DNA from: Podarcis cretensis
Lineage: Eukaryota
Length of the DNA: 64,000 nt
Reading direction: 5' to 3'
NCBI GenBank assembly: GCA_951804945.1
Contig: OX638150.1
Span: 46,996,001 to 47,060,000 of the forward strand
A program made the position numbers and the translations under genes. Shown here piece by piece: positions 62,320-64,000 of this stretch (positions within the stretch are counted from its first letter, which is position 1; each line of letters opens with the position of its first letter). The notes below the pieces were generated by a model. That model made no database searches and was not told the origin of the DNA. It saw only the letters and a list, made by a program, of their open reading frames with translations.

Positions 62320-62388
62320 TAATCGGTAGCATGCATCAAAAAGTGATCCGTCAGCATGTGTAGACTATAAAATTAGGCACAGAATTAG

Positions 62389-62971
62389 TTGTTGTTGTTG
62401 TTTAGTCGTTTAGTCGTGTCCGACTCTTCGTGACCCCATGGACCAGAGAACGCCAGGCACTCCTGTCCTCCACTGCCCCCCGCAGCTTGGTCAGACTCAT
62501 GCTGGTAACCTCGAAAACACTATCCAACCATCTCATCCTCTGTCGCCCCCTTCTCCTTGTGCCCTCCATCTTTCCCAACATTAGGGTCTTCTCCAGGGAG
62601 TCTTCTCTTCTCATGAGGTGGCCAAAGTACTGGAGCCTCAGCTTCACAATCTGTCCTTCCAGTGAGCACTCAGGGCTGATTTCCTTCAGAATGGAGAGGT
62701 TTGATCTTCTTGCAGTCCATGGGACTCTCAAGAGTCTCCTCCAGCACCATAATTCCAAAGCTTCAATTCTTCGGCGATCAGCCTTCTTTATGGTCCAGCT
62801 CTCACTTCCATACATCACTACTGGGAAAACCATAGCTTTAACTATACGGACCTTTGTTGGCAAGGTGATGTCTCTACTTCTCAAGATGCTGTCTAGGCCT
62901 GTCATTGCCCTTCTCCCAAGAAGCAGGCGTCTTTTAATTTCGTGGCTGCTGTCACCATCTGCAGTGATCAT
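62389..62971 (-). mobile_element. Bov-B LINE (RTE clade), 5'-truncated, uninterrupted ORF C-terminus
   Basis: ORF 62402-62995 contains ITADGDSSHEIKRRLLLGR...VKAMVFPVVMYGSESWT...GRQRMRWLD...HGVTKSRTRLND; (CAA)n tail; 12-bp TSD GCACAGAATTAG at 62377-62388 and 62972-62983. Confidence 0.95.
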
Positions 62972-63400
62972 GCACAGAATTAGAGTCAACATCAAATAAT
63001 ATATTTATAAGTGGTGTGCACTGGATCTGTGCGTAACCCTGAATTATAAAGGGAATTGGGGTGATTTGGGAAGGTTCCCAATTTTCTGAATCAGATTGCA
63101 CTATTTTTGTCTTGAGGGATCTCTAAACCTCCAAGTGGTTCTCACTGGGAAAACACCCAGAGCTACAGAAGGTAGAGAGTGGACAGGTTTGGCTTTTAAT
63201 GAGAAAATTAGAAGAATCGTGGCTCGGAGGTGGGACAGTGCCAGGTTAGGGAGGGCCCTCAGAACCTTGTCCTCTGATAGGCCTTGTACATGGGTGAACA
63301 ACTTGAAAGCAACAGCAGTAGATGCCCATTTTTCTTTCCCCCATATTTGCCACTGTCATCAAAAGATAAGATTGCAGCCAGGTCCCTCAGGCAGATATCA

Positions 63401-63634
63401 AGAAGAAGACGAAGAAGAGTTTGGACTTGATATCCCGCCTTTCACTCCCCTTAAGGAGTCTCAAAGCGGCTAACAATCTCTTTTCCCCTTCCTCCTCCAC
63501 AACAAACACTCTGTGAGGTGAGTGAGGCTGAGAGACTTCAGAGAAGTGTGACTAGCAGGTCACCAGCAGCTGCATGTGGAGCAAACCCGGTTCACCAGAT
63601 TATGAGTCCACCGCTCTTCACCACGCTGGCTCTC
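63401..63634 (-). mobile_element. Squam3-like tRNA-derived SINE
   Basis: Minus strand starts GAGAGCCAGCGTGGTG; core CTCACCTCACAGAGTGTTTGTTGTGG; (CTT)n tail. Confidence 0.78.
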
Positions 63635-63756
63635 AACATCAGTGGTCTTGCTGGATTCTGGGGCCCTAGAAGCTGCTCAGGAGTGCTGGCTGTTAAAGTA
63701 TTCCTGATGGTTAATGCAGTGGATTACAGTGGCCTTAACCCTTGTGCACACACAAG

Positions 63757-63920
63757 GACTTAACATTAGGAAGAACTTTCTGTCTTCAAAGGTGGTGGAC
63801 TCCTTCATTACAGGTTTTAAAGCAAAGGCTGGGTTCCCAGAGTGCTGTAGTAGCCCCCAACACTGACAGGGGTTGGACTAGATTATTTTTAAGGGGACTT
63901 TATAATTATATGGTTCTATA
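63757..63920 (+). mobile_element. Old CR1 3' fragment
   Basis: AACATTAGGAAGAACTT...GGTGGTGGACTC...GGGGTTGGACTAGAT. Confidence 0.7.
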
Positions 63921-64000
63921 ATACATGAAGGCTGCTGTAGGTCATTGGGGCTGCAGCCCTAAACACACACCTAGAAAAATACCCCCTAGAACAAAATGGG

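Noticed and set aside
62430-62999. 189-aa plus-strand ORF
   Set aside because: Antisense shadow of the Bov-B ORF.

Overview
Eukaryotic, AT-rich, repeat-dense DNA with no recognisable protein-coding gene. The repeats (Sauria SINEs, Bov-B, RTE, CR1, L2, L1-clade 3' ends, a Penelope-like end, many Tc1/mariner and hAT MITEs) indicate a squamate reptile, most likely a lacertid lizard (inference). The window looks like a large intron or gene desert with several TE-poor blocks resembling conserved non-coding elements (CNEs), and it contains one 152-nt assembly gap. The only ORF-track proteins I recognise are LINE ORF2 C-terminal fragments. The most unusual signal is a pair of full-length ~1.15-kb non-coding retroposon copies (25097-26267 minus, 36468-37600 plus). 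Each starts with a G-run, a near-consensus CTCF motif and an L1-type YY1 motif, ends in an A-rich tail, and has a target-site duplication (TSD); one TSD is 57 bp. Also notable: a 44-bp TSD at an RTE insertion, an 84-nt pre-miRNA-like hairpin at 33649-33732, three LTR-like units without clear TSDs, and isolated minus-strand exon candidates. All family names were assigned by eye from recalled motifs; no database search was run.
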